Source of the DNA: the human T2T-CHM13v2.0 reference genome, Homo sapiens
NCBI RefSeq assembly: GCF_009914755.1
Contig: NC_060932.1
DNA: 64,000 bases
Strand: one strand, 5' to 3'
The notes beneath the pieces are model-generated. The model saw only the letters and a program-made list of their open reading frames with translations. It searched no databases and was not told the origin of the DNA. Positions within the stretch are counted from its first letter, which is position 1, and the number at the start of each line of letters is the position of its first letter. This document shows positions 30,101 through 48,222 of the stretch, in pieces. The position numbers and the translations under genes are program-made.

Positions 30101-33100
30101 ATAAGGATATTCAGGACTTGGACTCAGCTCTGGACCAAGTGGACCTAATAGACATCTACAGAACTCTCCACCCCAAATCAACAGAATATACATTCTTCTC
30201 AGCACCACATCACGCTTATTCTAAAACTGACCACATAATTGGAAGTACAACACTCATCAGCGAATGCAAAAGACTGGAAATCTTAACAAACAGTCTCTCA
30301 GACCAAGATGGATTAAAAACTTAGAAAAAATAGAACTCAGGATTAAGAAACTCACTCAAAACTGCATAACTGCATGGAAACTAAACAACCTGTTCCTTAA
30401 TGACTACTGGGTAAATAACAAAATTAAGGTAGAAATAAAGAAGGTGTTTGAAACCAATAAGAACAAAGACACAATGTACCAGAATCTCTGAGACACAGCT
30501 AAAGGAGTATTTAGAGGAAAATTTGTAGCACTAAATGCCCACAGGAAAGGACAGGAATGATCTAAATTTGACAATCTAACATCACAATTAAAAGAACTGG
30601 AGAAGCAAGAGCAAACAAATTCAAAATCTAACAGAAGTCAAGAAATGACTAAGATCAGAGCAGAACTGAAGGAGATAGAGACATGAAGTACCCTTCAAAA
30701 AATCAATGAATCCAGGAGCTGGGTTTTTGAAAAGATTAACAAAATAGATAGACCACTAGCAATAGTAATAAAGAAGAAAAGAGAGAAGAATGAAATAGAC
30801 ACAATAAAAAATGATAAAGGGGATATCACCACTGATCCCACAGACATACAAACTACCATCAGAGAATACTATAAACACCTCTACGCAAATAAACTAAGAA
30901 ATCTAGAAGCAATGAATAAATTCCTGGACACATACATGCTCCTAAGACTAAACCAGGTGGAAGTCGAATCCCTGAATAGATCAATAACAAGTTCTGAAAT
31001 TGAGACAGTTACTAATAGTCTACCAACAAAAACAAGCCCAGGACCAGAGGAATTCACAGCTGAATTCTACCACAGGTACAAAGAGGAGCTGGTACCAATC
31101 CGTCTTACTATTCCAAACAATAGAAATGGAGGGACTCCTCCCTAACTCATTTTATGAGAGTAGCATCATCCTGATAGAAAAACCTGGCAGAGACACAACA
31201 GAAAAAGAAAATTTCAGGCCAATATCCCTGATGAACATTGATGCAAAAATCCTCAACAAAATATTGGCAAACCGAATCCAGCAGCACAGAAAAAAACTTA
31301 TCCACTATGAACAAGTCGACTTCATCCCTAGGATGCAAAGCTGGTTTAACATACACAAATCAATAAACGTAGTCCATCACATAAACAGTATCAATGACAA
31401 AAACCACATGATTATCTCAATAGATGCAGAAAAGGCCTTTGATAAAATTAAACATTCCTTTATGCTAAAAACTCTCAATAAACTAGGTATTGATGGAATC
31501 TATCTCAAAATAATATGGGCTATTTATGACAAACCCACAGCCACATCATACTGAACTGGCAAAAGCTAGAAGCATTCCCTTCGAAAACCATCACAAGACA
31601 AGCATCCCCTCTCTCACCACTCCTATTCAACATAATATTGGAAATTCTGGCCAGGGCAATCAGGCAAGAGAAAGAAATAAAGGGTATTCAAATAGGAAGA
31701 AAGGAAGTCAAATGTCTCTGTTTGCAAATGACATGATTGTATATTTAGAAAACCCCATTGTCTCAGCCCAAAATCTACTTCAGCTGATAAGCAACTTCAG
31801 CAATGTCTCAGGATACAAAATCAATGTGTGAAAATCACCAGCATTCCTCTACACAAATAACAGACAAACAGACAGCCAAATCATGAGTGAACTCCCATTC
31901 ACAATTGCTACAAAGAGAATAAAATGCCTAGGAATACAACTTACAAGGGATGTGAAGGACCTCTTCAAGGAGAACTACAAAGCACTGCTCAAAGAAATAA
32001 GAGAGGACGTAAACAAATGGAAGAACTTTCCATGATCATGGATAGGAAGAATCAATATCATGAAAATGGCCATACTGCCCAAAGTAATTCATAGATTAAA
32101 CATTATCCCTATCAAGCTACCATTGACTTTCGTCACAGAATTAGAAAAAACTACTGCAAATTTCATATGGAACCAAAAAAGAGCCCATATAGCCAAGACA
32201 ATCCTAAGCAAAAAGAACAAAGCTTGAGGCATCAGGCTACCTGACTTCAATCTATACTCCAATGCTACAGTAACCAAAACAGCATGGTACTGGTACCAAA
32301 ATAGATACATAGAACGATGGAACAGAACAGAGCGCTCAGAAACAAGGCCACACATCTACAACCATCTGATCTTTGACAAACCTGACAAAAAGAAGAAATG
32401 GGGAAAGGATTCCCTATTTAATAAATGGTTTTGGGAGAACTGGCTAGCCATATGCAGACAACTGAAACTGGACCCCTTTTTTACACCTTATACAAAAATT
32501 AATACAAGATGGATTAAAAACTTAAACATAAGACCTAGAACCATAAAAACCCTAGTAGAAAACCTAGACAATACCATTCAGGACATGGGCATGGGCAAGG
32601 ATTTCATGACAAACACCAAAACCAATGGCAACAAAAGCAAAAATTGACAAATAGGATCTAATTAAACTAAAGAGCTTCTGCACAGTGAAAGAAACTATCA
32701 CCAGAGTAAACAGGAAGCCTACAGAATGGGAGAAAATTTTTGCAATCTATCCGTCTGACAAAGGGCTAATATCCAGAATGTATAAGGAACTTAAACAAAT
32801 TTACGAGAAAAAAAAACAAACAACCCCATCAAAAAGTGGGCAAAGGATATGAAAAGACACTTCTCAAAAGAAGACATTTATGCCACCAGCAAACATGAAA
32901 AAAATCTCGTCATCATTGGTCATTAGAGAAATGCAAATCAAAACCACAATGAGATACCATCTCACGCTAGTTAGAATGGTGACCATTAAAAAGTCAGGAA
33001 ACAACAGATGCTGGAGAGGATGTGGATAAATAGGAATGATTTTACACTGTTGGTGGGAGAGTAAATTAGTTCAACCATTGCAGAAGACAGTGTGGTGATT

Positions 33101-33651
33101 CCTCAAGCATCTAGAACCAGAAATACCATTTGACCCAGCATGACCCTTATTCATAATAAGGATTATGAATCATTCTATTATAAAGACACATGCACACGCA
33201 TGTTTATTGAAGCACTGTTCACAATACCAAAGCCTTAGAACTAACCCAAATGCTCATCAATGATAGACTGGATGAAGAAAATGTGGCACATATACACCAT
33301 GGAATACTATGCAGCCATAGAAAAGGATGAGTTCATGTACTTTGCAGGGACATGGATGAAGCTGGAAACCATCATTCTCAGCAAACTAACACAGGAACAG
33401 AAAACCAAACTCCGCATGTTCTCCCTCATAAGTGGGAGTTGAACAACGAGAACACATGGACACAGTGATGGGAACATCACACACCTGGGCCTCTCAGGGG
33501 TTGGGGGGCTAGAAACAGGATAGCATTAGGAGAAATACCTAATGTACTTGTTGGGTTGATGAGTGCAGCAAACCACTGTGGCACGTGTATACCTATATAA
33601 CAAACTTGCACATTCTGCACGTGTCCCAAAACTTAAAGTATAATAATTTAA
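27188..33651 (+). mobile_element. Full-length L1PA7-like LINE-1 (L1-A), inactive and probably chimeric
   Basis: 5'UTR GGTGGCTGGCAAGATGGCCGAATAGGAACAGCTCC. ORF1 remnant ~28522-29550, ORF2 remnant 29614-33442 (EN GDFNTPLS; [29 protein letters not shown]). PA7-type 3' end. Many stops and frameshifts. Confidence 0.95.
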
Positions 33652-34109
33652 AAAAGTACTGTGATGGTTGATATTATTAAGTAGTTTTGAAAATTAGAAG
33701 TGCCATTCAAGGCCAAATAGTATAGATTTGCTTTGCATTTACTAGATCACAAATGTGCCCTCAGTAAGGCTGTGGTCTCACCTGAATAATGTACAGCTCA
33801 CTACGGGAGAACACATTTCATTAGACAATGTCCTATGGAAAACCCGTGTGTTTTCCATAGCATGCATATACTGAACAATGGTAAGGAATTGATACATTTT
33901 GAAAACAGTTGTAGACCTAGCTCATTTTTTACTTAAAGTCAATTTTAATTGTATTACGTAAATAGTAAAAGACACAGAAATCCAACTTTTGCCTAAAAAT
34001 AACCCTGAGTACCTGCATACAGATTCTCCAGTGTATAGCCAAATCACTGGTGTTGGGACAAAATGGGAAATACATGGAAGTAATTTTACCAAGCAGCATG
34101 TCCAGTCTA

Positions 34110-34559
34110 GAAAAAGCATCCAACAGGGGTTTATAGATGCCCTTAATATCACACGCATATCTCCTGCCCTTACTATTTCAGTGCACAGAGGTTTAGTTTC
34201 CTCCTGCCAGCACCTGTGTTTCTCCTTTAGGGCAGGCTGCAGGTCTGAGGAATTAAAATCTCCCAGGAACAATTCTCAACTTCTGACTTGTCAAGAGCTG
34301 TTATGTAAATACCTCTACACCCTTGTCCTTCAGAGAAGATGGCTCTGGGGTGCATATTCTGTACCATTTCCAAAGTTCCCCAGATTTAGTGGAATACTGT
34401 GGTATTTTGTTTCATAATCCAACTTTTATTGGCCCTCCCTCTTCCGGCTTTATTTTCTCACTCATCTACTGTGGTTTCAGGGATCATCTTCCAAATAAAC
34501 TGCTTGCATTTTAATTCTTGTCTCAAGGGTCTGCTTCCCTAAAACCTCACGCTTAAACA
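34110..34559 (+). mobile_element. LTR16-like ERVL solo LTR
   Basis: GGGATCATCTTCCAAATAAACTGCTTGCA...TTGTCTCAAGGGTCTGCTTC...AAACA is the LTR16 3' signature. Left boundary approximate. Confidence 0.65.
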
Positions 34560-35769
34560 TGGCTGCACTCTCCTAATCTGTTCATTCTTGGCACCAGGAT
34601 CTTGAATAAATAATCAATGGGATTCAACCCCATTTTTTATATATGAAAAGAATTTGAAGGAGTCTTTGAATCCTGATTTTATAAATATAGGGGCAAGATT
34701 AGAAGATAATGACTGAACTCACAACATAGGGTCAAGCATCAGAGATTCGACACAGTGGGAGTGCCGATGTGTTTCCATTCTCTACTTACTGAAGTAACTA
34801 GAAGAATTACCTCTGTTTTGGTCAATTCTGTGTTTCTCTTCTGGTATTGATGGGTTCTACCAAGCCTGCTTCTGGGTTTCCTCTGTCGTTGTTTTCCATG
34901 AAGATCCCCAATGAAGTAATCTTGCCCTTGTGTCAAGACCCTTATTATAATTATATGCCAAATATTCCAAGCCTCTGCTTGTGTGTGGCCAAAATCCATA
35001 TTCAATACAGAGTTAATATCTTGTGTGTTAAGAAAAGGTTTCCTCTGAAAAGGGCTTTCTCTTACCTGCCTCTCACCAGTCCCTATTATCCCTTGTATGG
35101 GCTTATTTCTCTATTTGCTAGAGTTCAGCTCTTCTATGAGTCATCATTCTGGAAAGGAAAAGGGAGCCTTTATGTCTCCACTTTCTTTGGCAGGAAGAAT
35201 AACTTCCAGGTCATATCTTACTTTAAAAAGGAAGCAGAAACATATACCTTGTCTTACTTGTCATGGCTTCAACTCAGAGGTTTTATTGTTATACTATTTA
35301 ATTCCAGTCATGTAACGACTTACCGATTCATGTGCTGGGTTTTTTCCTTTAGGTCTCACTGGCTAACAGACACTTCCAAGGTTGAAAGGTACAGGGTAAG
35401 CTCAACTCAGCTGCAGTTAAACATGAACTTTTGAGGGGCACACATCCAAACACATTAGGAATAAAAAAGCTGCCAGAAGAACATCTTCATTGTTCTTCTG
35501 CCATACATGCATATTATAAATGATTGTGCTTCACACACAGTCTCTGCAGCATAAACCAGCCCTTAAGCTGGGCATGATTACATGTTCATATTAATGCCTT
35601 GCCGAGGTTTATATTTCTAGGGTGCTACTCTATCTTTTAATCCACTTGGTTTCTAGAATAACCCCCAAAGTATCTAGAAGAAATGACTAACACAGCTAGT
35701 CAATGATTGACATCTCTTTTTCCTGCCTCATAGCCATTACTTACCATCAGCATAACATATGGATACTAT

Positions 35770-36163
35770 ATTGATTAAGGCAAGTAATATTAGCTGATAT
35801 AACAAACATCCTAAATTTTAGTGACTTAACACAATAAAACTTTATCTTTGACTCATGCGAACATTCCTAGTTGGGGAAGACTTTCCATATGATCATCCAG
35901 TGTCTCTGTGTCTTCCCTTTGTTGCTTCACTCTCCTAGCTTTCACCTGATTGAGAAGAAAGAGGGAGACAATGGAGGTTTGCATGTGGAAAGTTTCTAAA
36001 GGCCAGATGTGAAAGATAATATATTAATTATGTCCTCATTCTTGTGCCATAATCAGCCACATGGCCATACCTGACTAGAAGCTAGGCTTGGAAATGTTAC
36101 CAAACTCTGAGACTGAGATGGAAAAGAAGAAAGATTTGGAGAACATATGGCACTCTCTGCCAC
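35770..36163 (-). mobile_element. Old MLT1 (J/K/L-like) MaLR LTR
   Basis: ATAACAAACATCC...GTGACTTAACACAATAAA...CACATGGCCATACCTGAC...CTCTGCCACA. Confidence 0.55.
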
Positions 36164-36576
36164 ATATATTATGCTGCTTCTAAACTCCTCATTTTGTCCT
36201 GTGATCTCCTCTGCCTAGACTACTCCCACCAATTCATGCCCTTCCCAGCTCTAGAAAATGTTCACCTGTCATGATCACTGAGCTCAGATATTGCCTTATC
36301 TGGGAGACCTTTCCTGATACGCTCATCCTCATTCTCAATTTGTATTAGGTGCCCCTTTCCTTGTTCCCTTTCCATTCTTATCTATTCTCTATTATTAAGT
36401 CACATGAGTTGTGTTAACAGTTTCTAATTTTGGACAGTGCATATTAGTGACTAACTACATATTGGTTAAGCGACTGAAAGAATGGAGCCCATCATTTCTC
36501 TTACTATGACATGTTCTCTAGTGGTACCAAGATGGCAATCCTCCAACAGGTGCAGGATTAGCTTCGTAAGAATTAC

Positions 36577-36705
36577 CCACGGCTCATCCCTGTAATCCCA
36601 GCACTTTGGGAGGCCAAGATGAGAGGATGGCTTGGCACCAAAGATTTGAGACTAGTCTGGGTGACAAAGCAAGATCTTGTCTCTTAAAAAAGAAAAGAAA
36701 AGAAG
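36577..36705 (+). mobile_element. FLAM / Alu left monomer
   Basis: GGCTCATCCCTGTAATCCCAGCACTTTGGGAGGCC...TGTCTCT followed by an A-rich tail; single monomer. Confidence 0.85.
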
Positions 36706-36712
36706 GCTCACC

Positions 36713-37500
36713 TGTGGAGTTTGTTATACCCAGTCCCTTAGCATCAATCTCCAATTGATCATTCCTCCTCCCTTGCCCCACGGAGCAGGGGATACTTCTG
36801 GACTTCACTGAACTTGAGTCTGGTCATGTGACTCATTTTGAGTAATAAAATGTGTCTGGAAGCTAGGGTGGGTCAGTTCCAAACAGGGACTTTAAGGGCC
36901 ATGAAATGTTTTCATTCATCTTCTTATGCTCCTGCCATAGTCATAAAAACTGCAGACTCCGTGTAGCTGCTGTTCCTTTTGTCTGTGTTCTAGAAAGAGA
37001 GTCCTGGGGCAGACTTGAACCCAAGCCCAGCCCAGATCAGACCAGCTGTCTTAGTCTATCTGGGCTGCTATAACAAACTACTGTAGACAAAGTAGCTTAT
37101 TAACAACAGAAATTTATTTCTCACAGTTCTGGAAGCTGAGAAGTCGAAGATTAAGGCATTGGAAGATTCTGTGTCTGGTGAGGTCCTGCTCCTCAAAGAC
37201 AGCAACTTCCACCTGTGTGTTTGCATAGCAGAAGGGACTAGCTAGCTGTCCAGGGTCACCTGTATAAGGACAGCAATCCTACTTATGAGAGTTCTACCCT
37301 GGTGACCTAATCATCTCCTCAAAACCCCACCTTCTAACCTCAGTGACTAGGTTTTAACATATGAATTTTGGGGGGACATAAACATTCAGATCATAGTACC
37401 ATTCCCTCTGAGCCACAACCAAATTCACAGCAGTGGGTAAAATAAATATCCGTGAGCCACTGAGATTTTCAGCAGTGTCTTACACAGCATAACGGAAGCA
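36713..37500 (+). mobile_element. MLT1H/I-like MaLR LTR split by MLT1A
   Basis: TGTGG start, TGGTCATGTGACTCATTTTG, and a 3' part GAGCCACTGAGATTTT...TTACACAGCA after the insert. Confidence 0.55.
37047..37398 (-). mobile_element. MLT1A-like MaLR solo LTR
   Basis: TGTCTTAGTC...GCTGCTATAACAAA...AACAACAGAAATTTATTTCTCACAGTTCTGGA...GGGGACATAAACATTCAGATCATAG. Confidence 0.85.
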
Positions 37501-40430
37501 GGGTAAGGCCTAGAAACCTGCACATTAAAAACACTTCAGCCACCCACATTTGGAAACTACTGTACACATTAGACTTTTCATTAACAGGAGAAAACCTAAC
37601 ATTTAAGTGGATGGAACAGGATATCTACAAAGACTTTATCAGCCATCCTCCCAGACACATGGCAGGGTGTTGAATCCCAGCATTTCCCGAGTGGTTGGAA
37701 TATGAGCTCATCCACAGTGGGGTTTTGGGGAAGCAAAGGGGCCCTGGGTATGAGTACTGCTGTTCCCTTCCAACCTCGACGTGGGCAACAATGATGACTG
37801 AGCCTACGCAGGATGTATGTTGTTGTAGTTTTTTCTTTCAGCTTTGAATTCATCATTTCATCACAGTATTAAAATGGGCAGGATAACCAAATCTTGTATG
37901 ATCACTTATGTCTATGTTGCTAATCATTAACTACATCATGTAAAGGTAACATAATTATGTTCTGCATGTAGTGTGTAGTAATAAGAGCTATACTGTTGAC
38001 TGTGAATGGCATAATTACTATTTCATATGTCTGCAAGGTTGTTTGGGTTTTTTCCCTACGTGGCTGACATGTAAAATGTTATTATTGGCCATTTTTTTTC
38101 CCAAGGTGCTCTAGTGATTTTTTTCATCCCTCTTTTAGCCCCACTAATATCACCACATGATACTTCTCCAGTGGCATGTGTTCTCTGTTTATAATGACAA
38201 GTGACGATTTGCAATAGGAACAAAAGTACCTGGTTCTTTGAAAGCTGTTCCTATGTGCTATGGTATAACAAATGACAAAGGAATTTGACTTTTGCTATTT
38301 CTTCAGTGGAGTAGAGAAGGTGTGGGGAACAGAAATATGTTTAACTCTATAAATACGATGGCTTATTTCCTTGTATCATATCAAAGAAAGGGGAAATAGT
38401 CATAAGAACCCTGAGAAATTTGTCACATCCATGAATCACATTCAGTAGGAAGATTAGAATTTTTATTTCTTTTTTTTTTTAACTAGTTGATGTTAACATT
38501 CATTTCAACTACAGCGTTATAAACCCAAAGGACAGGCATATTATACAGAAATCCACCAGGGCTCCTCTCAAGTTGGTCACAGCTACAGTCCTGGCTTATT
38601 CTTTGTGCCTGCCAAGCTCCTTGCACAGTCTCTGACACATACAGGAAATGTAATAAATGTTTGTTAATGCACAGTGGTGGGAAGGGAAGATTTATGGTGA
38701 GCCAAAATGAGAATCACTGAAGATGCCAATCCAAAAAGCTGCGCATGTGGTTAAAAAAACAAATGCTTCCAAAAACTTTTACCGTTTGTCCCTGTCCAAG
38801 GAGGTCTCATGCTCACACCCATTGCCTGAAGCATTTGAGGTGCCCACTAAGATAAGTCATCAGCGTGTCACCTCTTCACACTCTGGCTGACCCTATGCTG
38901 AAACAAGTGATTCAGAAGATTTTTGTCTGCTGTTATCTTTTGTATAGACACCACAGAATTTTTTATAGTTTCATCAATATTTTTAACAAATCATATTTTC
39001 AATTTTTTCTTTAATAGACAGACATAAATATGATCTAGTTTTAAATTCATATGCCCATATCTCATGTTAGAAAACAGCACTCTTTATCGAAATTGAGGCA
39101 GTTTATGTAAAATGACTAACTTGCTAAGTATTTGTAAGCAAACTGAGAAGCTTTTTTTTTTTTTAAAGAACAGTGCAGAAAAAATCAGAGTCTCCCTATC
39201 ATAACCAATATAAAATCTGCTATTAATCTGTGTAGATTGAATTTACTCTGCAGAAAACAGGAGTATATTTTCCGGGCTTAACTTATCACAGGAATTCAGG
39301 CAATATTTTCTCTCATTAGTATTGTGTCTGTCATAGGATAATAATAAAGGTAAATAGAACAAATATTGTATAGCACATAACAAGCATTTTATTCATAAAC
39401 ATCATTAGGTACTCAAAAACAGGAAATTCAGATGGTTTAATCCTTATATCAGAAAGCACAGGATTAATACTAACTTTGATCATCAATGACAAAGCAAAGC
39501 TCTGGGTTCTTCAAGTAAGATTCTAACTACAAGTTTGACCTTAGTGTTAATGTCTTTATCTTTTAATGCCTGGTGCAGAAGCATGGCTAATGATGACCAG
39601 CAGCTCCACCAGAATATATTTATTCCTAAAAATTTTGGTTAAAGAGGTTCTGGGCTTTTCTCCCTTATGCAAAGTTACCAGATTGTTCTCAGCCCTGGTG
39701 GCCTTTTGGATGACCCAGGGATAAAAGTTTCACCAGAGAGGGCCTGGTTGAATTTTGACTTCCCTACAGGAAGTTAGAGATCACATTGTCTTTGCACCTT
39801 GTTTGGGACCCAAGGCCCTTCACAAGGTGGCTTCAGGACACTTACTCACATATAACTACCACCATTTGCTAATATAAAACACCAAAAGCTAGTGTAAATC
39901 TGGCTTCCTGTCTTTCTATGCTCCTTTCTGTAGTGGAAATGATGTGGTCTGAGGGGAAGGACTATGGGCTTTGGAAAGAAACATATCTGAGTTTGAGGTG
40001 CCTTTTCTGCTGGTCATGAGAGTGGGCCCCCTGAATTATAGCTGTGATCATCTTCAGATCCTATTCCTTCTTAAAGTTGTTGCTGTTCCTTTTTAATCTC
40101 TCTGTAGCACTTGGCACCACAGACCACGCCTTTCTTGGCTGGTCTCTTCTCCTACCTATCTGAGCATTATTTTCCAGTATTATCCAATGCAGTTTTACTA
40201 AAAATAATACAATGACAAAAGAAGGCCCCACATTTATTGAGACTCTACAATAAACCAAGCACTGTAGAAGGAGGTTGGTATACATGACATAAAACCTTGC
40301 CCCTGCCCTTAGTTAGCTTACTGTCTGCAGGAGAAACAAGATTATTTAAAAATAATTGCAAATCTCATAATATGTAAGGAATAGTTGTAGTAGTACTAGT
40401 TAGTAGTAAAGACAATTAGAAAACAAGATT

Positions 40431-41073
40431 TTTTTTTATTTCAATAGGTTATTGGGGAACAGGTGGTGTTTGTTTACATGAATAAGTTCTTTAGTGGTGA
40501 TTTCTGAGATTTTGGTGCACCCATCACCTGAGCAGTGTACACTTTACTCAATATGTAGTCTTTATCCCTCACCCCCTCATCCATTCCCCCGAGTCCCCAA
40601 AGTCCATTGTATCATTCTTATGCCTTTGTGTCCTCATAGCTTAGCTCCTATTTGTGAGTGAGAACATATGATGTTTGGTTTTCAATTCCCGAGTTACTTC
40701 ACTTAGAAAAATTGTCTCCAATTCTGTCCAGGTTCCTGCAAATGCCGTTACTTCACTCCTTTTTATGGCTGAGTAGTTTTCTGTGGTATATATGTATATA
40801 TTATATATACATATATGTATATATAATATATATGTATATATTATATAATATACACATATACATATATAATATAATATACACATATACGTATATGTATATA
40901 TAATATACATATTATATATAATATACATATACGTATATGTATATACATACATATATGTGTGTATATACATATACGTATATGTATATATTATATACACACA
41001 TATATAATATATACATATACGTATATGTATATATAATATAATATATACATATATATACATGCATATATCACAC
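40431..41073 (-). mobile_element. 5'-truncated L1PB1-like 3' end with internal AT-rich microsatellite (40787-41068)
   Basis: GGGGAACAGGTGGTGTTTG...GGTGCACCCATCACC...GAGTCCCCAAAGTCCATTG. 13-bp TSD AGAAAAC(A/T)AGATT at 40418-40430 and 41074-41086. Confidence 0.9.
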
Positions 41074-41203
41074 AGAAAACTAGATTATTAAAGTTCTTAA
41101 ATGCCTGCATGAGTAGCTTCAGCTTTATTCTGCAGGTCAGTTCTATTTAAACTTTTCAAAATTCATCATTGTAAGTAAAAAAAAAATTGAGGCTGCACCA
41201 GTG

Positions 41204-41237
<34 letters not shown>

Positions 41238-41244
41238 ATATATG

Positions 41245-41428
41245 TAGTCAATGATTATTATTCTCAGAACACATATTACCAAATTCACCTATTAGCTAAA
41301 ATTTATTTGCAACCTTCAAATCAATACTCACAACATATTACAGTCATTCATTGTCATGTGCAAAGCAGGAAAAAAATTGAGGCAGATATTCTTAGCTGAA
41401 GTCAAACAAGGTGATGCTCTGCCTTTTT
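41245..41428 (-). mobile_element. MER82-like Tigger element, right end
   Basis: GCTAAAATTTATTTGCAACC...AAATCAATACTC...AGCTGAAGTCAAACAAGGTGATGCTCTGCCTT matches the remembered MER82 terminal portion. It stops exactly at the L1 TSD. Confidence 0.7.
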
Positions 41429-41593
41429 AAAAAATTTATTATTTGGTTTATACAGTAGATTATTATTGAATTTATTATTTATATTTCCACAAAAAAACCC
41501 AGGTGCAGGAGAATTTTTCATTTCACAGGAGGAAATAACAAGTAGTATATTAGACCATTAAAAGACTAGAAGGAGAGGAAATACTTCCCAACC

Positions 41594-46760
<5,167 letters not shown>

Positions 46761-47899
46761 CATCACAGTACTTTTAACAGCTGACTGACTACTTACTCAC
46801 TTTTCCTTGCTACCAATTTCATTTTCTAATTTTCTCCTTTGAGAACACAGAGGGAAACTATTTGGTTTTACCAAATAGTTTAATGGTTGTTTAAAAATCC
46901 TCTCAATTTCTTGAATAAAAATGTACAGGAAAAAGTAGAGTCATGTTCATATTGAGATGTAAGCTTGTCTTAGTGATTAAAAAATACAAATTGTATATTT
47001 ATGTATCTTGGTGTAAGTATTTGGTGATTTTATATGAATATTAATATATCATGAACAACTAAGAAAAATCTATCATTCATGTTTCTGAAAAATAGTTCAT
47101 TCCATATTAGCCTGAGTTAATGTATTTTGTGTTAGGTTTTACGTTTCTGATGGGCAATCTGTTCAGTACTTCATATGCTTGCTGTATATGCATCACACAT
47201 TTGTATAAGATTCTTATTTTTAACTAGAAATAATCCTAGATGTACAGAAAAGTTGCAAAAGTAATACACAGAGATCCCATTACCTTTCACTCACCTTTCT
47301 TAATGGAAACCTTTTACAGAAACATAATGCAATAACATAGAGTTGAGTCTTGAGCCAGACAGGTGTGAGAAAATCTACTCCAAAAGTTCATTATATTATA
47401 TTAATAGTCTTTCTGCTTATGTTATAGCAGTGCCTCCTTCGTTTGAAAACGGGAGGTAATGGGGGCAGTATTCTCTGTACTTTGGAGTGCTTAATGTAAT
47501 CTAATAAATACACACATGCATGCTTACAGAAAACGTTCAGGGTGGCATCAGGATTTGCAGAGACTGTATTTGTGTTTTCTTTTCATTTCAATCATGTTAC
47601 CCTCGCTCTTACTTTGTTACTGTCAATTGCTGGGGCTCTAGCCTATGAGGACTTGTCTGATCTGAGCTCCTGAAATCTTGAAAGCAGAGAGTAGCTGAGT
47701 TTTTAATGGTTGTAATGAATTGTTTGAATCTCTGATATGAGGACTGTGACACATGGCTCCCAAGATACACAGTATGCATGTTCGTTGCAGAGAAATCCCC
47801 AGTGGTTGCCAATACTCCGCAATAAATTAAGCAGTGAGGAATTCTTGAACTTGCCAGTGTTGGTTGGGCTGCTCACTGCATGACATTAAAAAAACACTA

Positions 47900-48222
<323 letters not shown>

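Noticed and set aside
28944-33442. L1 ORF1p/ORF2p fragments as functional genes or an active L1
   Set aside because: The ORF1 start is mutated and both ORFs have many stops and frameshifts. L1-B also lacks the endonuclease domain.
34847-35434. 195-aa ORF, and the 142-aa ORF at 33989-34417
   Set aside because: No recognisable domain or exon context. The 142-aa ORF overlaps an LTR16-like element. Consistent with chance.
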